Below are positions 40,115 to 55,494 of a stretch of 64,000 nucleotides of DNA, one piece after another. How positions within the stretch are numbered: position 1 is the first letter of the stretch; each line of letters opens with the position of its first letter. The stretch spans positions 2,965,189 through 3,029,188 of the forward strand of contig OZ199840.1 in NCBI GenBank assembly GCA_964304625.1. The letters run 5' to 3'. The notes beneath the pieces are model-generated. The model searched no databases. It saw nothing but the letters and a program-made list of their open reading frames with translations, and was not told the origin of the DNA. Position numbers and translations under genes: made by a program. The DNA is from Kudoa neothunni. Its lineage: Eukaryota; Animalia; Cnidaria.

Positions 40115-41032
40115 CAATGTTTCCCAACCTTTTTGTATCGTGCCCCATTTTTTTGAAAGTATTTATTTTTTAAATTAAACTGCTTAGAACATAAATAAAG
40201 CTTCATGTTACATTAAAATTATAAAGTGATTAAAATGTATTCGAACAGGCCTAACATAATTTATCGATGGACCTTAAAAATTAACATTTTGTTCACTCCG
40301 TCAAAAACAGTGTTAAGTTAAACTCTTGGAATCCAATTTGCATTAGGCAAGTCTTCCGTTTATATGGGCTTAAATCGGAAAATAAACAATCTAGATGGAA
40401 AATTAGTCAGTATTGTATTTGGTTAAATCAAAAACATTGGAGATCACTATTGTAAATCTGACGAGATTGAAATTAAAATCATTTTGCTTCTCTTCGAGTA
40501 ATGGAAAATTTAAATGTTATTATTTATTTTTATATAATTTGTCATTGCTTTCGGTATTGTTTTATGATATTGATCGTCACTTAAAAATAAACAAGATCGA
40601 GGTATTGATTCAAAAATGCGTCCACTTCCCAATTATCCCAACATTATGTATGTCATATGGATGCTCAGGATTTCCCGCATCACACCAGAGCCGTTCATAA
40701 ATGTTCCAATTTTTCCATGTACCACCAAAATTTTTCCTCGTGGTTTTTTTGTTTACAAGGTAAAACCCCTGGTGCAACTCACTAGGTTGTGGAATTCTGG
40801 TTGGTCAGACCTCTTCCATTAAAGCTTTTGACAACACAGGACGTAACATGAAACCCCGCCCCTTATCTTTGTGCTGTATCTTTATGCAGTAATGTGGGAT
40901 TTTACCCCACTAAATATCCTCGTCTCAGGGCGACCATCATCCCAAACCGTATCCCTTTAAGAACATTGGCTTTGTGAGGGCTACAAATTTTTTTCTCATG
41001 GTAGGGAGTAACCCCCATGTTGGAAAACACCG
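40115..41032 (+). mobile_element. hAT (Buster-type) MITE with an internal ~260-bp insertion
   Basis: CAATGTTTCCCAAC ... GTTGGAAAACACCG TIRs; degenerate 8-bp TSD attttatg/ctttaatg; body matches copies at 6034 and 55678. Confidence 0.7.
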
Positions 41033-42505
41033 CTTTAATGGTTAATTATTTTTGGCCTCTCAAATCGAATTAGTCGATTAGGAATAATTAAATATATCCG
41101 ATTCTATATTATTAAATCTATATACAGCCCGTAAGTATAAATTATTGGGATTATAAATAGTCACTGCGCAAGCGTTCACAGCAATTAGGATTAAAATTTA
41201 CATAAAAATATTCTCCGCCATATGAACTCCTTGTAAATACTATCAATGGTTTGGCGAAATATTTTTTGAATTTCAGTAGTTTAATCCATTAGAATACGTG
41301 TAATTGTTTCCATGCCAAATCGAGAGACTGCAAGAATACTCTACTTTTCATATCAGCATATTACGAAAATAAATTATAATGGGAACAAATATAAATCAAT
41401 TTAAAGTTTAAACTAAGCGAATTTTATCCGAATTTCAATATTAGACAAACATTTCCTACTCAAAAGTATACTAAATGACAAGGGTTTATGTTCGCGCGCA
41501 CCTTCCAAAATTAGCAACAAATTTTTCGCGATCAACATGAAGTCTGCCACAACGCTCATTTGGGTTATATGACCCAATCGAATTAAGCAATAATTTTATC
41601 AAATCTATAACTGCAACTTCATCGTAACGACAACATTGTTGCCTAATTGAGATTCATTGCGCAAAGGGAACAATTTTATTCAAGCAGAAGTTGAAATTCT
41701 TAATTTCGAAATTAAGGCCTCTAACCAACCTTGGGCAAGTACCATTATGAGCGCCGTTAAACATTTTTTACTCAATATACGATATTCTCCAGGAAACGAT
41801 TATAAGACACTTGTCAATACCCGAGCTTTAATTGAATATTTTATTGCGAATCATTTGTAATAAATGTTTATTGTCTGATCCAGGCTCATTATATTTAATA
41901 TTAAAAATATAAATTTCATCTTAACTTCATCATGTTTGAAATGTAATATTCATTTCACATTTAGAGGAATACGATGATGGAAAATAAAAAACTAGAATAA
42001 TTGTCGTCCGAAGGATTACGGATATTATAAAATAATTAACTGGGGTTATAGTTTCGTTTGATATTATACTATTATACTTAATTCAACGTCAACAAATTCA
42101 TCATGCGAAAAACTAGTTTTTAGTTGGTACGATGACGAATTAACGAACCGAAAGCACAATATTAACGAGTTATCTAGTTTAAGTTAAATCACTCGCGTCT
42201 TTGTAAATTTCAAAAAATTTACAATTCAAAAATGAGTGTCTAATTGTTTACTAAAGTCAAAAAATGGTATGTACAATTAAATTATAAAAAATATCACGCA
42301 TCATTTATAGCGCGTATGCAAATTCTCTATAATCATTTTTATCATTATTACCCCCTATAAACATATAAAATATTTTAGTGGAAATAAAAAGTTCGAGAAT
42401 TTGCTAAATTTACTAACCATGAATATAAAACCGAAAAACCCCGACACCATATTAACATAGAGTGGTTTGGTCTGAAAGTTAAAATAAACTATTCAATCGA
42501 CAACG

Positions 42506-45467
42506 ATGGTTTCACTTCCAGTTGACAAATTGGTTAGTAATGAGATGGCAATGAGAAATAGAATAGTTGTACATTCGGAAACTTTTTCAAAAATGCCAAA
42601 ATCTCAGTAATTTCCTTTCTGATAATTCATATCACTATGCTCGACGGCCTTATGTAGGTATTATGAGTTGAAAAAGAATGGATCTAAATCAGCAGCTATA
42701 TGTATGATTGATGTGAGCAATTCTATCAAGCCAAATGTGTTTGCAATCTCAAAGGTCCAAGTAATTATCAGAATGTATTTAAAATCGATTGAGTGGGATT
42801 TGTAGAGAGATTGGTTTGATGTAGTTGTTGGAGATATGATTGAATGTATATATATATACATATATATGGTGTATTATGATTGTTCAATTGATAACTGAAT
42901 TGCCATAGTGAATCCTACTCATATTGACATGAAATATCGATGTATCGGACGAGTGGTAGTAGAATTGGGGTTTTTCACTAAGAAAGAGTATGTTAAATGG
43001 TCGGATTGTAGATCACCTGATTGTATAGACGATCGGATGGTGAGTTGGATACTGAAATAGTAGGGAAAGATTTTTTGAGTCAATTTGAAAACTTTCCATT
43101 TTCACAAAATCAAACTGTATAATTTCTGACAGAATTTATTAATAATTATATACAATAATATTTAAAAAATTACTAATAAATAATAACGGAGATATTTTCG
43201 GATTAGATTGCTTACCAATTCAAAAAGACGTCGTTTAAAGCAACCATAATAGAAATCAATTTGATCGATTATAGCGCTATAGCTGAGAAAAAAGTACCAC
43301 ATCCCCTGTTTCATTATTGAAGTGACGGCGAATTTTTGAGTGTAGGATATGAAAAAACAGCACAACACAAGCACAAGCGACTTCGGTATACTAATTAAAA
43401 ACAGCCAAGTAATATTCCAGAAAGCTGCCAACACTGAGATATTACTCAAAGGCACATCAAAACAGTATTACCAATTCCATTATTCTGAATAGATAAGGCT
43501 GGAGGTTTGAGTAATTTTTTGTTTGATAGAATTAACACCGAAAGTCGCCAACTTGTTGATCCTAATTGGGATTTTAGTCAGATAGGTGTGGGTGGACTTG
43601 ATCACGTAATCAACGCTGCCGCTTAAAATCAGAAATAATTGGTCGAACAATTTAGGAATTCAACATCATATTTAGAAGGGCATTCTCGTCACGTATATTC
43701 CCCCCGGAAATAGTTGACGATTTGGGGTTGAAACATGTGAGGGGTATATTGTTGTTCGGCCCACCGGGTACAGGGAAAACTCTGCTGGCCAGACAAATAG
43801 GAAAAATGTTGAATAGTCGCGAACCTAAGATTATCAATGGGCCTGAGATTTTGAACAAGTTTGTGGGTGAATCTGAAGCCAATATTCGAAAGTTGTTTGA
43901 AGATGCCGAAGAAGAGCAACGTCTGGTAGATGATTTTATCGTGATCCAGCTTATCACATTCAATATAAAAATTTAGAAAGGTGTACACAGCTCACTTCAT
44001 TTGATCATATTCGATGAAATTGATGCGATTTGTAAACAACGTGGCCAGTCTAATAGAGGAACCGCTGTTCATGACACAGTGGTCAATCAGCTACTTTCCA
44101 AAATAGACGGTGTCAACCAGCTCAACAATATTCTTATTATTGGTATGACCAATAGGAAAGATTTGATTGATTCTGCGTTGCTAAGACCTGGTCGATTTGA
44201 GATTCAACTTGAAATCGGTAGTTTTTGTTGATGACTGTAAAATCATCAATGTATATTTGATACATTTCTCGATATAGGACTACCAAATAAAGAAGGCAGG
44301 GTGCAAATTCTTTCAATCCATACTGATCGTTTGAAAAAATTCGAAAAATTAGATTCAAAAGTGAATCTCAATGAGATTGCAGAATCAACCAAAAATTTCA
44401 GTGGTGCCGAATTGGAGGGTTTGGTGCGAGCTGCTACCACCACTGCTATGAACCGCCTTGTGAAGTTGACCAATGGAAAAGTTGAAGTGAGTGACGCGGA
44501 AAAAAACTATAACAACTTTAAAATCTTTCAAGATGACTTTGTAAATGCTCTCAAATTTGATATCAAACCTGCATTTGGTGTAAATCTTGACGATGAAGCC
44601 CATTTACACAAATACCTTTCTAATGGGGTTATTGTGTGGAGTGAGAATGTACAGAAAACAGTGGAAAAACTCGATCTTATGATTGATCAGACACGCAATG
44701 GGCATCTTATTTCCCCAGTCAGTGTGTTGATTGAAGGTGATGATGGAGCCGGCAAAACTGCTCTCGCCATCAATCTTGCCCTCAAATCCAAATTTCCTCT
44801 TGTTAGAATGTGCTCTCCTGATGATATGATCGGAATGAACGAGTTTGAAAAATGCAATCATATTACCAAACTCTTTCTTGATCTATCCAAGTCGGATGTT
44901 TCGTGTGTTGTTATTGACAATATTGAACGAATTATCGATTATGTTGCCATTGGACCTAGATTTTCCAACTCAGTTCTACAGACATTGTTCGTGCTTATCA
45001 AACAAAAAACCGAAGCCAACAAAAAACTACTTATAGCATGTACCACAAGCAGCTTGAAGGTGCTGGAAGCGATGGAATTTTCTAAAATCTTCACCACCGT
45101 TATTCATGTACCAAACATCAAACAAGCAGATCACATGAGCTTCATTCTGCAACATTATCAATTGTTTAGCGCGGATGAAATAGAAACTATCGTTGCTGGT
45201 TTGAAAGGGTATGTATTGTAGTTGATGAAGCGAGCTTTATGTGATTTGTTTCGTATTACTAGGATCAATTTTTCCATTAAAAATTTGTTATCTTTGTCCG
45301 AAATCGCTATTCAAGTAAATAATGGATGTCTTAATCATTCTAATTATTTACATTTTTGTTTTTATTAGCTAACCCAAAGAGACCACGCAATCAGCAAAGT
45401 GATCGATCTGTTGAATGAAGAGTTCAACTACAAAGCTCAACGTTACACCAGCTCTTTTATTCCATAG
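42506..45467 (+). CDS. NSF: vesicle-fusing ATPase NSF/Sec18 (multi-exon)
   Basis: [25 protein letters not shown]1 Walker [40 protein letters not shown]2 GDDGAGKT and GPRFSN; many ~40-90-nt GT-AG introns; ATG 42506, TAG 45467. Confidence 0.96.
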
Positions 45468-46856
45468 TTAATACATTCTAACACGACTTTTTCATGCGTT
45501 TCTTTATTCATTATTTTTCCCTTTTTTTGCTTGTTGTTTTTGTTGTAAAATACGATTGAAATCAAAATTTTTGTTAGTATTCAAATTTTAGTTTGTAATA
45601 TTTTTGAGTCAAAAATAGACGAATTTTGGATAATAATAATAATAATTATTTAATTATTGGTTTCTATAATATTAAGTTTAGTTTTAAATATACTGTTATT
45701 GAATATAAGTAAATTAGGAGAAATAATATAAACAATAGGCGCTCTATTTATTGTGACGTTGGAATAAGTTTGATTTTGTGGTTCATTGTTTGCATCAAAC
45801 ATTGAAAATATGAAAAAAAGGAGTTTTATATGGAAGTAGCTATTGGCGCCATAAATAATATTCAGGTAGTGCTAGTTTTGAGTGTAATTATCTCTGGTCC
45901 CTAAGAGCAAAGTGGTGGATCAACAATAATTAAATATAGATGACAAAAAATTAAATCTGCAAACAGCTTATAAGTAGTTGTTGAGATTAAAAATATCCAG
46001 CGAGCGAATATACTGTTTAGGATTGAATTTTATCGTGCCAATAACCTCTACCTTCTTTTATACAGTGGGGCTTTAATTAATCGAAAATTATACCATCCGA
46101 TGAGTTTTTCATATTATCTTAACGATAATAAATCATTAATTTACTCGTTTATTTTGTTGAGTTAAAAGAGATGAAATAATATAAATAGTTTATTTTTGTA
46201 ATTTATTTTCATGCTCATTATTTGAAAATTATTTAGGAATAATTAATAAAAATAAATTAATAATCTTGATTTTTTAATAGTTTACGATGTGAAAAACTTC
46301 CCCATTTATTAAAAAATTTCCTTTACATTGATCCATGATGGATTCTTCCACCTCTAATTAGGAGTATAACTCTACGTCCGAGTTGGAGAGGCCTTTCAAA
46401 GTGAAATAAATGAATTATCATTTTTTCATAAAGTAGCGTATATATATATATATATTTGGATGCATTAGCGTTGATAAAATATACAACTCTAAAAGGATCA
46501 AAATTTTAAGATTGTTAACAAGTTTTCATCCATCCGCACTAGAAAAATATTCTCAAAAATGTGTTCTATCTGATTTATAGCATCACGTTATTGTTAGAAT
46601 ATTTATTCTACGTATTTTTTATTATTCAAAAATCAAAAATTAATGACTAATACATTTAACCGTTAAATGGAAGAAGCTAATAACGATTAATCAATTTTTT
46701 ATTCCGAAAAAATAAGATACATCGGATTTAATTTTAACTTTTAAATATTTATTACAGTGCAAACTTTTCATAAGAATTTGGCGTATAATATTAGAAAAAC
46801 TCATTACAGAATAATTATATTTTCTACCAAAAAACAATTTAATTAGATCATTTTAA

Positions 46857-48707
46857 CCCGTTCGTACCCAAATTTTTTATTTCATTTCACAGTTGTTTTA
46901 AATATATCACAGGAACTCAATATCCTACATTTAATGATTTTATAGTGATAAAAACTAACTATACGTATAATTTCAGCTGCTTTTAATTTGGGTCCTGAGG
47001 TGGACATTTGGCATCGATGGTAAAACAACCATTTCGCGCATTGAATTGTGCACAAAAACAAACTAAATAAATTTGAAAATTTCTTAGATATTTGGACTAT
47101 GATAACATAGTAAACAGTTTCTATTTTTCACAATACAACAAAACGAATAACATTGAATGCATTTAAATTGAGTTTTTCGTTGGCATATTCTACATCTGGA
47201 TTTAATTGACACTATTTCAGGATAACGCCCTACGTTATCCGGTCGAATATGATTACTAAGAGGATGTGTTCTTATTTTCTCAGTTCATTCATATTTATCG
47301 TCAATTTTTTCAAAAGAATTATTAAGAGACGGTCTACCACGTTTTTGGGAGCACTTGCTATTTGGTAATAACGAAGACTTTCACTTATCTTTAATGAAAA
47401 ATTCATCAAGTCTAGTATATCTCTCTTAGGAATTTTTCCAATCGTACAATTTTGGTTATATTCGTCTACAACTGCAGGACACGGAATGTCAATCATGATT
47501 TTTTTGAGCAGTCAGATCTTTTCGCCATTTTAATCAAGTGGATTGAAGAATGGGCTGACGGGGGTGTAACAATTCATCCATAAAACCAACATATTGTGGA
47601 AATATTATTATTAGAGTCATGCACATTCTCAAATGCTCCATTTTTTAATAAAATTTGAAGGGAATGGATGTAAACCAGTTGTCGAAGTAGACAAAATAAG
47701 TTTTGGACAAGGGTAAACTCTCACACGACTCTATAACAAAGTCGCCGGATACTAAACCACAACTATTAACCACATCAGGTTTTTGCCCCTCATACAGATA
47801 AAAATCATGCACTAGCCCATTAACTCCACACTTCGTGAACATTTTGAATCCCCATTTCGTCGGTTTCTTTGGAACATATTGTTTCGCTTTACATCTACCT
47901 TTGAATGTAATAATTTTCTCGTCAATTGAATTCTTTCGTCCACATTCAACTTTTAAACAATTTGTTCTAATAGAATCCAAAACCGGTCGAATCTTTGCAA
48001 ATTTACCATATTCTGAAGAATTCGGATTTATGATAATTTTTTAATTATCAATGGAGTGTAAATATTTTGCATATTTTCAAAGGTTTCACTTATATTCCAG
48101 TTAATGGTTGGTACAACTTCTTCATCAGAACAGTCTAAATCTTGATTATTTTCAGTGTACGCTTCAAGCACACCTCGTCCAAGATCCTGTGTTCCAAAAT
48201 CTTCAACGTATTCTTCAGGATCAGAAATATCGGCATCAGGAAATGCCACAATTGCAGTTGTCGGGTTTCCTTCTTTTGAACATTTAAAAACCAAATCGTG
48301 ATCCATGTTCTTGAAAGTCAGAGATCCACGAAAGCCAAATGTCCATCCTAGTACCCACGTGTTGATTAGTCATTATCTTTTGATAGGTTGCTATATATCT
48401 TATGAAATATTGCGCATTGAATCACGTTTTAATATTTCGTACTTTGAATTTTTTTCGATAAGAAAAAACTAGCTACATGTGTAAAAATTTGAATTTCTTG
48501 TATTCCTTGTTGATTTTATGTAAGGATTACTATTAAACTTACTATAAATGTTAGATCTCTTAGTTTACACAATCGACCATTACTGAAAACAAACATATAA
48601 ATTTAAAAAAAGTAATAATTCAGCAAATTATCTAAATAAATTTAACGTGCATATTTATGGGATGTTTAATTTGTTGGGATCCAAAGTGGACACTTGGCAT
48701 GGAAGGG
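46857..48707 (-). mobile_element. decayed piggyBac element with fragmented PGBD-type transposase
   Basis: TTAA|CCCGTTCG ... GGAAGGG|TTAT ends; fragments SIDE..FKGR..KQYVPKKPTKWGFK, FDNWFTS and CPAVVDEYNQ; the GGVD block carrying the third catalytic Asp is missing; frameshifts and deletions. Confidence 0.9.
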
Positions 48708-48921
48708 TTATAGAAATTAAAGAGTAAACATAATACTACGAAGGATCTTTGTTATTTTAGACGTTAGTCCAACAACTTCATTTCAGGTTTTATTTATATT
48801 GGAAAAAGAAAGTATTGACAAAATAAATATGAGTGGAATGATAGCTGCCTTTAGCGGAATAGGATAGGACAAGATTCGAAAACTAGACCAAAAAACACAA
48901 ATAATACAGCCAACTTAAAAT

Positions 48922-51900
48922 CTAATCCAAATCTAAACTATTTTTCATAATGAGTTTGATGTGTATATTCATTGCAGCAAGCTCAGAAATAAGATATTTG
49001 AATACATGAGGAAGCATTATACATGTAACATGGTCACCATTGCCACACATACTGCATACGAATTTAGTAGTAGGATGTTCGCCTAAAGTAATGACCTCAG
49101 CATTGGGGTTGGTGACAGTTTGAGAGAGTAGGGGGGATTTTTCGGATTGGAGTATTTTGGTCTCGTGCACAGTCAGCATATCACCGCATTTTTTACAAAC
49201 ATATGTAGGACGACCATCTGACGAATGCAACAAACGTTCCTGTAAAAGATAAGAACAGCCGTGAGAGATTAGGGCATCTCTTTCCATCTCACCGAAACGA
49301 ACACCACCTCCGCGTTTCCTTCCTTGTACAGGTTGTTGGGTGATGGAATCGACAGGACCGGTTGAGCGCACTTGAAATTTGTCAGACACCATGTGTCTCA
49401 GACGTTGATAATAGACAATTCCAGTAAAGATTTCAGCTTCCAACTCCACACCATTCGATCCACTATACATTTTTTCGGTGCCGTAATAATTGAAGCCGGA
49501 CTCAGCTAACAAATGCCCAAAATAGTCCACAGCTGATGAGTCAGAAGTATTAGCTTTAGGTATATTGAAACTAGTGGAATCAATAGTGCGATTGGGGTTG
49601 AAAGGACTTGAGTCGAATACTTTTGCTTGATGCGAACCCACTTTTCCTGCCATCAACTCGATCATCATACCAATTGTCATACGGGAAGGGAAGCCGTGCG
49701 GATTGAATATGATATCGGGAATGATACCACTCTCTGAGAACGGCATATCCTCAGCGTCCCATTTGATACTGAGGATACCTTTTTGGCCATGTCTGCTAGC
49801 AAATTTATCACCCACAATCGGATTTCTTGGGATTCGAAGTCGAATACTCACACGAATGAACTCATTATTGCCAGCAGCATCACCCAGCAACGTTACACAA
49901 TCAATATAAGCCAACTCGTGGCTGTAATAACGTTTTATTTTGTACTGGTTGGTGAATATATCATAGTAACCGAAAAAGGGCTCATTCTCATTGATACAAC
50001 GTCCAACAGGCGGTAGTCCATCTACATCTAGTTGACCCTTAACCACCGCGGGGTCGGTAGGTTGACAACCGAAACGAAAGTTGCATTTGGATGACTTAAA
50101 TTCGCCCATGTCTCTCAAATCAATAATTTCCGACTTATATACACATGCCGAACCGAATCCTCGTTCCAAAGCATTTTTGTTGATAATCAATGCATCTTCC
50201 ATATCATATCCAGTGTAGGATATCACAGCAACCACGGCATTCATTCCTTGTGGATAGTTATCCATGTGGTATTTGTCATAACAGAAATTTTTACAGATGG
50301 GACTTTGAGGTTGTAGTAATCGATATAGTTTATTATCGAATCGATAACTGTACGAAAGTGTTGGTGTACCTAAACTCTGTTTGGCCATCTGACATTGATA
50401 CATATTTCTAGGGCTTTGGTTATGATCGGAGAACGGTATCACAATGGCGGCTTCACTAAAAATATATCTCGAATCGATTTCGCGGTGGTTGTAGATGGAT
50501 GTGGGATAACAGCTATTAGTCGTTTGATCGGAGTTAGGTAGTGCTATGTTCATGAAAATTTGTTCGAATGAGCCTATGTGTTCGTCGGAGTTGAGTTCAG
50601 TGTTGTGAACGACGCGAGAAAAACGTGAAGGAGTGGTGAAAAGGAAGAGACCGGGTGAATTTTTACGCATCTCGAGATCTTTTTCGTGTGCCACATAAAC
50701 CACCTCAATCCTATCGTTTAGAGTGCATTTTAATTTCCTCAGTTGATATTCAATAAGATGACCGTATTCGGTAGGTACATAGCCAATCAAATTTCCGTCA
50801 ATCAATACCGTCAGCATGTTATGCACATTTTCATCTAGAATAACTTCTGAAGAGTATGGATCGTTGTTGGCTGGTACTAGACCCATGGCCACTAGAATTT
50901 CCATATACGGCTTGATAGGAGAATGATTGCATGTGACTGAACAATTCGCCGAAAGGTGGTTAAGCAACCCACAAGGAGCACCATCGGGAGTGTGAACAGG
51001 GCAAATGAATCCCCAACATTCAGGCAGAAGTCGACGAACAGTGGTGCTGTAGGATTTGGCGAAGAATGCTCCACGATGCACACATCGAAAATGTGACAGA
51101 TATCTCAAAAAATTAAGGCGATCAGCCACAACCGAAAACCCGCTAGCTTGAGGCAATCCCAAACTATTACGTGAGGACAAGTTTCCCGTTTTGATCAAGT
51201 ATTCCATTTGCTGGCCAACATTAACACAACGTGTGATAGCGGTGTTGAGAATGGCTTCGGTAATGGTTTTGTTTTTTTGGCCCGATCCAGTACCATACAT
51301 AAGGCGTTGTTTCAATGTCAACAGCCAGGTTTCAAGTTTGTCTTTGAGAACCATTTGATACAATTGGCCGGGCAGTAAAAGCTCTTGATTATTCAAAGTA
51401 TCCGTCGACTCGAGAGAATACTGTTTATTCACAACTCCAATCAATTTTTTGCACATATATCTACAAACAACCCATAATAAGTTTTAAAATACGCGCACTA
51501 TATAAACAACTCGTTGTAATTACATTAGTAAATTATATTTTCCAACATCGTTACCATTCAAATGTACACAAACACAACGACTAAAACACAATGTCATCTA
51601 CTGGAATGGTTGAATGTTTACCTCATAAGCAGATCACAAACTTCCTCATTTGACATTATCGTCGAAAACCCACCTTTGGCTCGAAACAACGCTCCTACAT
51701 TGATAAGTAAAATTCGTATATCACAATCCAAATCTCAACACCATACCAAAATAATCTTTGGCCTGTGAATTGGTGTTTACTCCTTGTTTCTTGGTCTCAC
51801 CTAGCATATCTTTAACAGCACTTAACAAATGTAAATCAATTCGTGTACAATGTCTCGAGTGTGCACAATAAAAGCTTACTCTGCATGAAAACTATCGTCA

Positions 51901-53942
51901 GGGGCAATCTGTGTAAGCTGTTGAAAAATTTGATAGTCTGTGTAATGGGTGAGTATCTATGAGCACATCAGATAAACACAACCAACAACTCAATTCTACA
52001 CACCTTAAGTATTAGAATAAGAGGCAGAAAATATTGTTGTTTTCTGAACACAAACGAAAGCATATATTGTCCATCTTGAAGGTAATGAAGTACGTTGACC
52101 TGCGAAACAATGAGTTATATGTATTTTGTTTCGTTGCCACATAATTACGCAACTATTTTCGTCGTCATCCACACAACGGATACTGATACCGTATTCAGAC
52201 ATGAGAGGTGCTTTTGTTTTCCACGATGGTCTTTCCATAGCAATAGGCTATTGAAGATTCAATAAAATAAACTATAACACTAATGACTGAATGTACGTAA
52301 TTTCGTCGTTGTAATATAAGAAACCGTAGCAATCGTTCAATTCCATTGCAAATAAAATAACCACCCCATTCCTACACAGTAGATCATTGAAAAAGATGCG
52401 ATATGCAACAAAATGTTTGCAAAAAGAGACTATTAATTAGCACAGCAAGTAAATAAGTTGGTGATAATTAATTATAAATTACAGAAAGTAATCGATTCTT
52501 CATAATTTCACTTTTACGATAATTTATTTATATCGTGAAATTATTCACGGACAAAATTATAGTTAGCAAATTTTAAAATTAAATAAGTAAATAGTTTTTT
52601 GAAAATAAAAAATAAATTGACTTGCTTTTCAATATAACACAAAATGAATTATTTTATTTTAAAATAATTTTTATTTAATTCTCAGCAATTCTAAGAAATA
52701 ATTAACGTAATTTTCAAAAATAAATAAAAACACATTAAATCTATTGTAGACAATTTTTCCACATACATAACAAAATTATTAATTCTTTGTTTGCGTTTTC
52801 TATTAAAAATGTGAATTTGTAGGTGGTTATTAAATTTGCTGAGACTTTTTTGTGAGCAAAAATTTATCTCAACAGAAATATACAACTTTTTAAAAAAATG
52901 AACAATAAAACAATAAAAACAAGCTAGGATATACAATATCTTGTGCATGTACAAGAATATATAAATTCCAACCATGATTATGACTTCTTATGTTAAATTC
53001 CTTCATTCTATTTCTATGCGAATTATTATAAAAATTCGATTACCTGTTATATCATTTATGAAACATTAAAAGCGACTCGGAATGATAGAAAATAAATATA
53101 ATAGATAATTAGTGCTGACTTATTTACCGCCTCTATAAATTGAGGTTAATGAGATTAGATATGGTGGTTGTGTTACCACGTGAGCCATCCGGGATCAAAT
53201 TACTACTGTGCTAACTGCAATTGTTGATCTTAAAAACTGTAAATACATCTTGATCTTCGTGACGCTGTACAAGCTGTTTTGGTGTGAGACTTTTTAAAGC
53301 ACATCGACTACTCTGCACCATTATGGGCAGTTGTGATATTACTCGATTGAAATCATTCTGTTCCACACCGTTAATTGACCAACCCAAAACCACCTTCAAC
53401 GGTGAACTATACGTGATCCCACGAATTCGACATTCGCTAGGATAGAGAATTGGAGAGGTTGGATTAGATGGATTCACCATTGGAGACCCAATCTCCAAGT
53501 CCTAATATGTTTTATGCTACCATAAATAAACTCAAACATGTTGCATTACTTTAAAATATATTATCACTCTGGTTTTTTCGTTCAAGTCGAATTCCATAGG
53601 AAGTATATTCTAGATCAACAACAGCTTTTATTGCTCATCAAAACATCGTAACACATACTTTGACTGCCTTTCTAAGCCCACCACCCAGCATACTATCAAA
53701 GGAGTCTATATGCGGTTTTACCATGTATTTGAAAGCCTAATTAATGATAATATGAGAATTACAGAATTTAACCTTAGTCATAATTTATTGTCTAATTTCA
53801 TCATTTTGTTCCCAATACGATTAATAATTGTGCAGGAAATATTTATCTACAAAACTTAGAACAACATTACTTCATTTCTTTCGGTTGGTATGTCCCCAAT
53901 GTATTTATCCTGCTTGTGTGTCGGAACACTTATCGCAAGCAT
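48922..53942 (-). CDS. POLR1B: DNA-directed RNA polymerase I subunit RPA2
   Basis: KPHIDSF, LYPSECR, GGYFICNGIER, RLNFLRYLSHFRCVHRGAFF, CPVHTPDGAPCGL, HNQSPRNMYQCQM, GDKFASRHGQKG, RFGEMERD and C-terminal Zn ribbon; first exon MLAISVPTHKQDKYIGDIPTERNE at 53942; one ~870-nt intron (~52373-53247). Confidence 0.96.
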
Positions 53943-54964
53943 CTTTCCACCTCACACCACGTGGTTTACCGTCAGAAATAGGTTATGTTTATGCAGCAAA
54001 CTTATTAGTGTGCATGATGAAAATTTAGTTGATATGTGAATAATTATTGAAATTTCTATGGGAGCTTATTATGGCGTTGTAAATAATTATGTCAGAATTA
54101 TTCATTTGATTATGTTTACGCACAATAATCATTAACACAATGTTTAACTTATTTTTTGAACGTTCAGAAGTCTTTTCCTTTGGATTAAAAATTTTAAAGT
54201 TTTAAAATACATTGACCTACATTTAATTATCAGAGTTTTAGAAAAAAACTACTATCGATTAACTTTCTAAGCTAACGAAAACTTCCATCCTTTACGAGCT
54301 TGGGTGAAAAATACCTCAGGCCTTTTTTTCCAAAATTTGCTCAAAAAATAATTTTGAATTTGCTTGGAAATTTTTAGTAGATTCTATCAATAGAATTTGG
54401 AGTATATTTACATCTATTGCAAAACTTAATCTGGTTCGTTATGGTTCGGTTCAAGAATCGTGGATTATTTTCAACGAATAATAAGACCTTGCGTTAAGTA
54501 GTGTAAAAAACAAGTTATTACCAAACTCACCACTGAGATAGGGAGTGGATATCGTCAGAAAATTCACCCACCAGAATGATCCAACTAGTCCAAGCTGGCT
54601 CAAATAATTCCATTTTTCTACATAACCCAAATTAGCGCATAATTTAAATAAAATTTCCGAGGAAATACTCATCAACATTTTAATTCAAAAATAAACTTTT
54701 AATAATTATTAAAACCCGATATATGCAACAAAATCGATGTTTCTTCGTCCATCTGATAGGAAAACTTCAATATTATACCAACGGAAACTTTCGAGCGATC
54801 GACGAAGAATGGCGCATTGCATTAGGCAAGATACTAGTTGCATATTTTCATGGAAATTTGTCACTAGAATTTTACAGAAGTTTCTCATTTAATTATTTAT
54901 AATGTTTCAAGTTAATATAAGGCAAAAAACCCCTGGGATGTTTTCCACCCCAAACCCGTTAGAA

Positions 54965-55494
54965 CAGCGGTTCTCAAAGTGGGTCCCTTTAGCAGTGGTA
55001 GGTGTTCCACAAAGATACAATGAAAAGCAACATTTAACCATATCATTAGAAATCGGTAAAGATCGCATCTTATGATGTTAGTGAATTTTCACTGATAGGT
55101 AGAGTTAAGAACACTGGTGATAGGTGATAGCTGGCTTTTATCGGTTAGCTACGCACCTGTAGATAGATTGTGATGTTTTGCTTTTAACACAATTATTTGG
55201 ATTATTTTTAAACTGATGCAACGGAAAGATGTTTAAAAAAATAAGTACTACAACATCATCTAAAGAAGAAATCGAACTAGATTAACTTGAAAATTAACTA
55301 TTTGAAAACATTAAATAAAAAACACAGAATATATTCCAATTTCCTATGTGTTTTAAATCGTTTCCTTTATTATAATAAGTACTTACCTATTTAGTTTCGT
55401 TCCACCATCCTTATTTGGCTAATTTAAATAAGGGTCCTGTTATCTTACAAATAAAATAAAAGGGTTACACTGCAAAAAAGTATGAGAACCACTT
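54965..55494. mobile_element. hAT (Buster-type) MITE, second family
   Basis: CAGCGGTTCTCAAA ... TATGAGAACCACTT TIRs; TSD cgttagaa/tgttagag. Confidence 0.75.

Noticed and set aside
43162-51768. Antisense and alternate-frame ORFs over NSF and RPA2 (similar ones overlap FBP, SETD1, the surface gene and the hAT)
   Set aside because: Shadow ORFs of real exons with no independent coding signal
52691-52975. 94-aa ORF in the long RPA2 intron
   Set aside because: Low-complexity F/I/K/Y composition expected from AT-rich DNA; no motifs
53770-53781. ATG ACT AAG as the RPA2 start exon
   Set aside because: The exon at 53942-53871 aligns better with the RPA2 N-terminus (IGDIPTERNE-AFKY)
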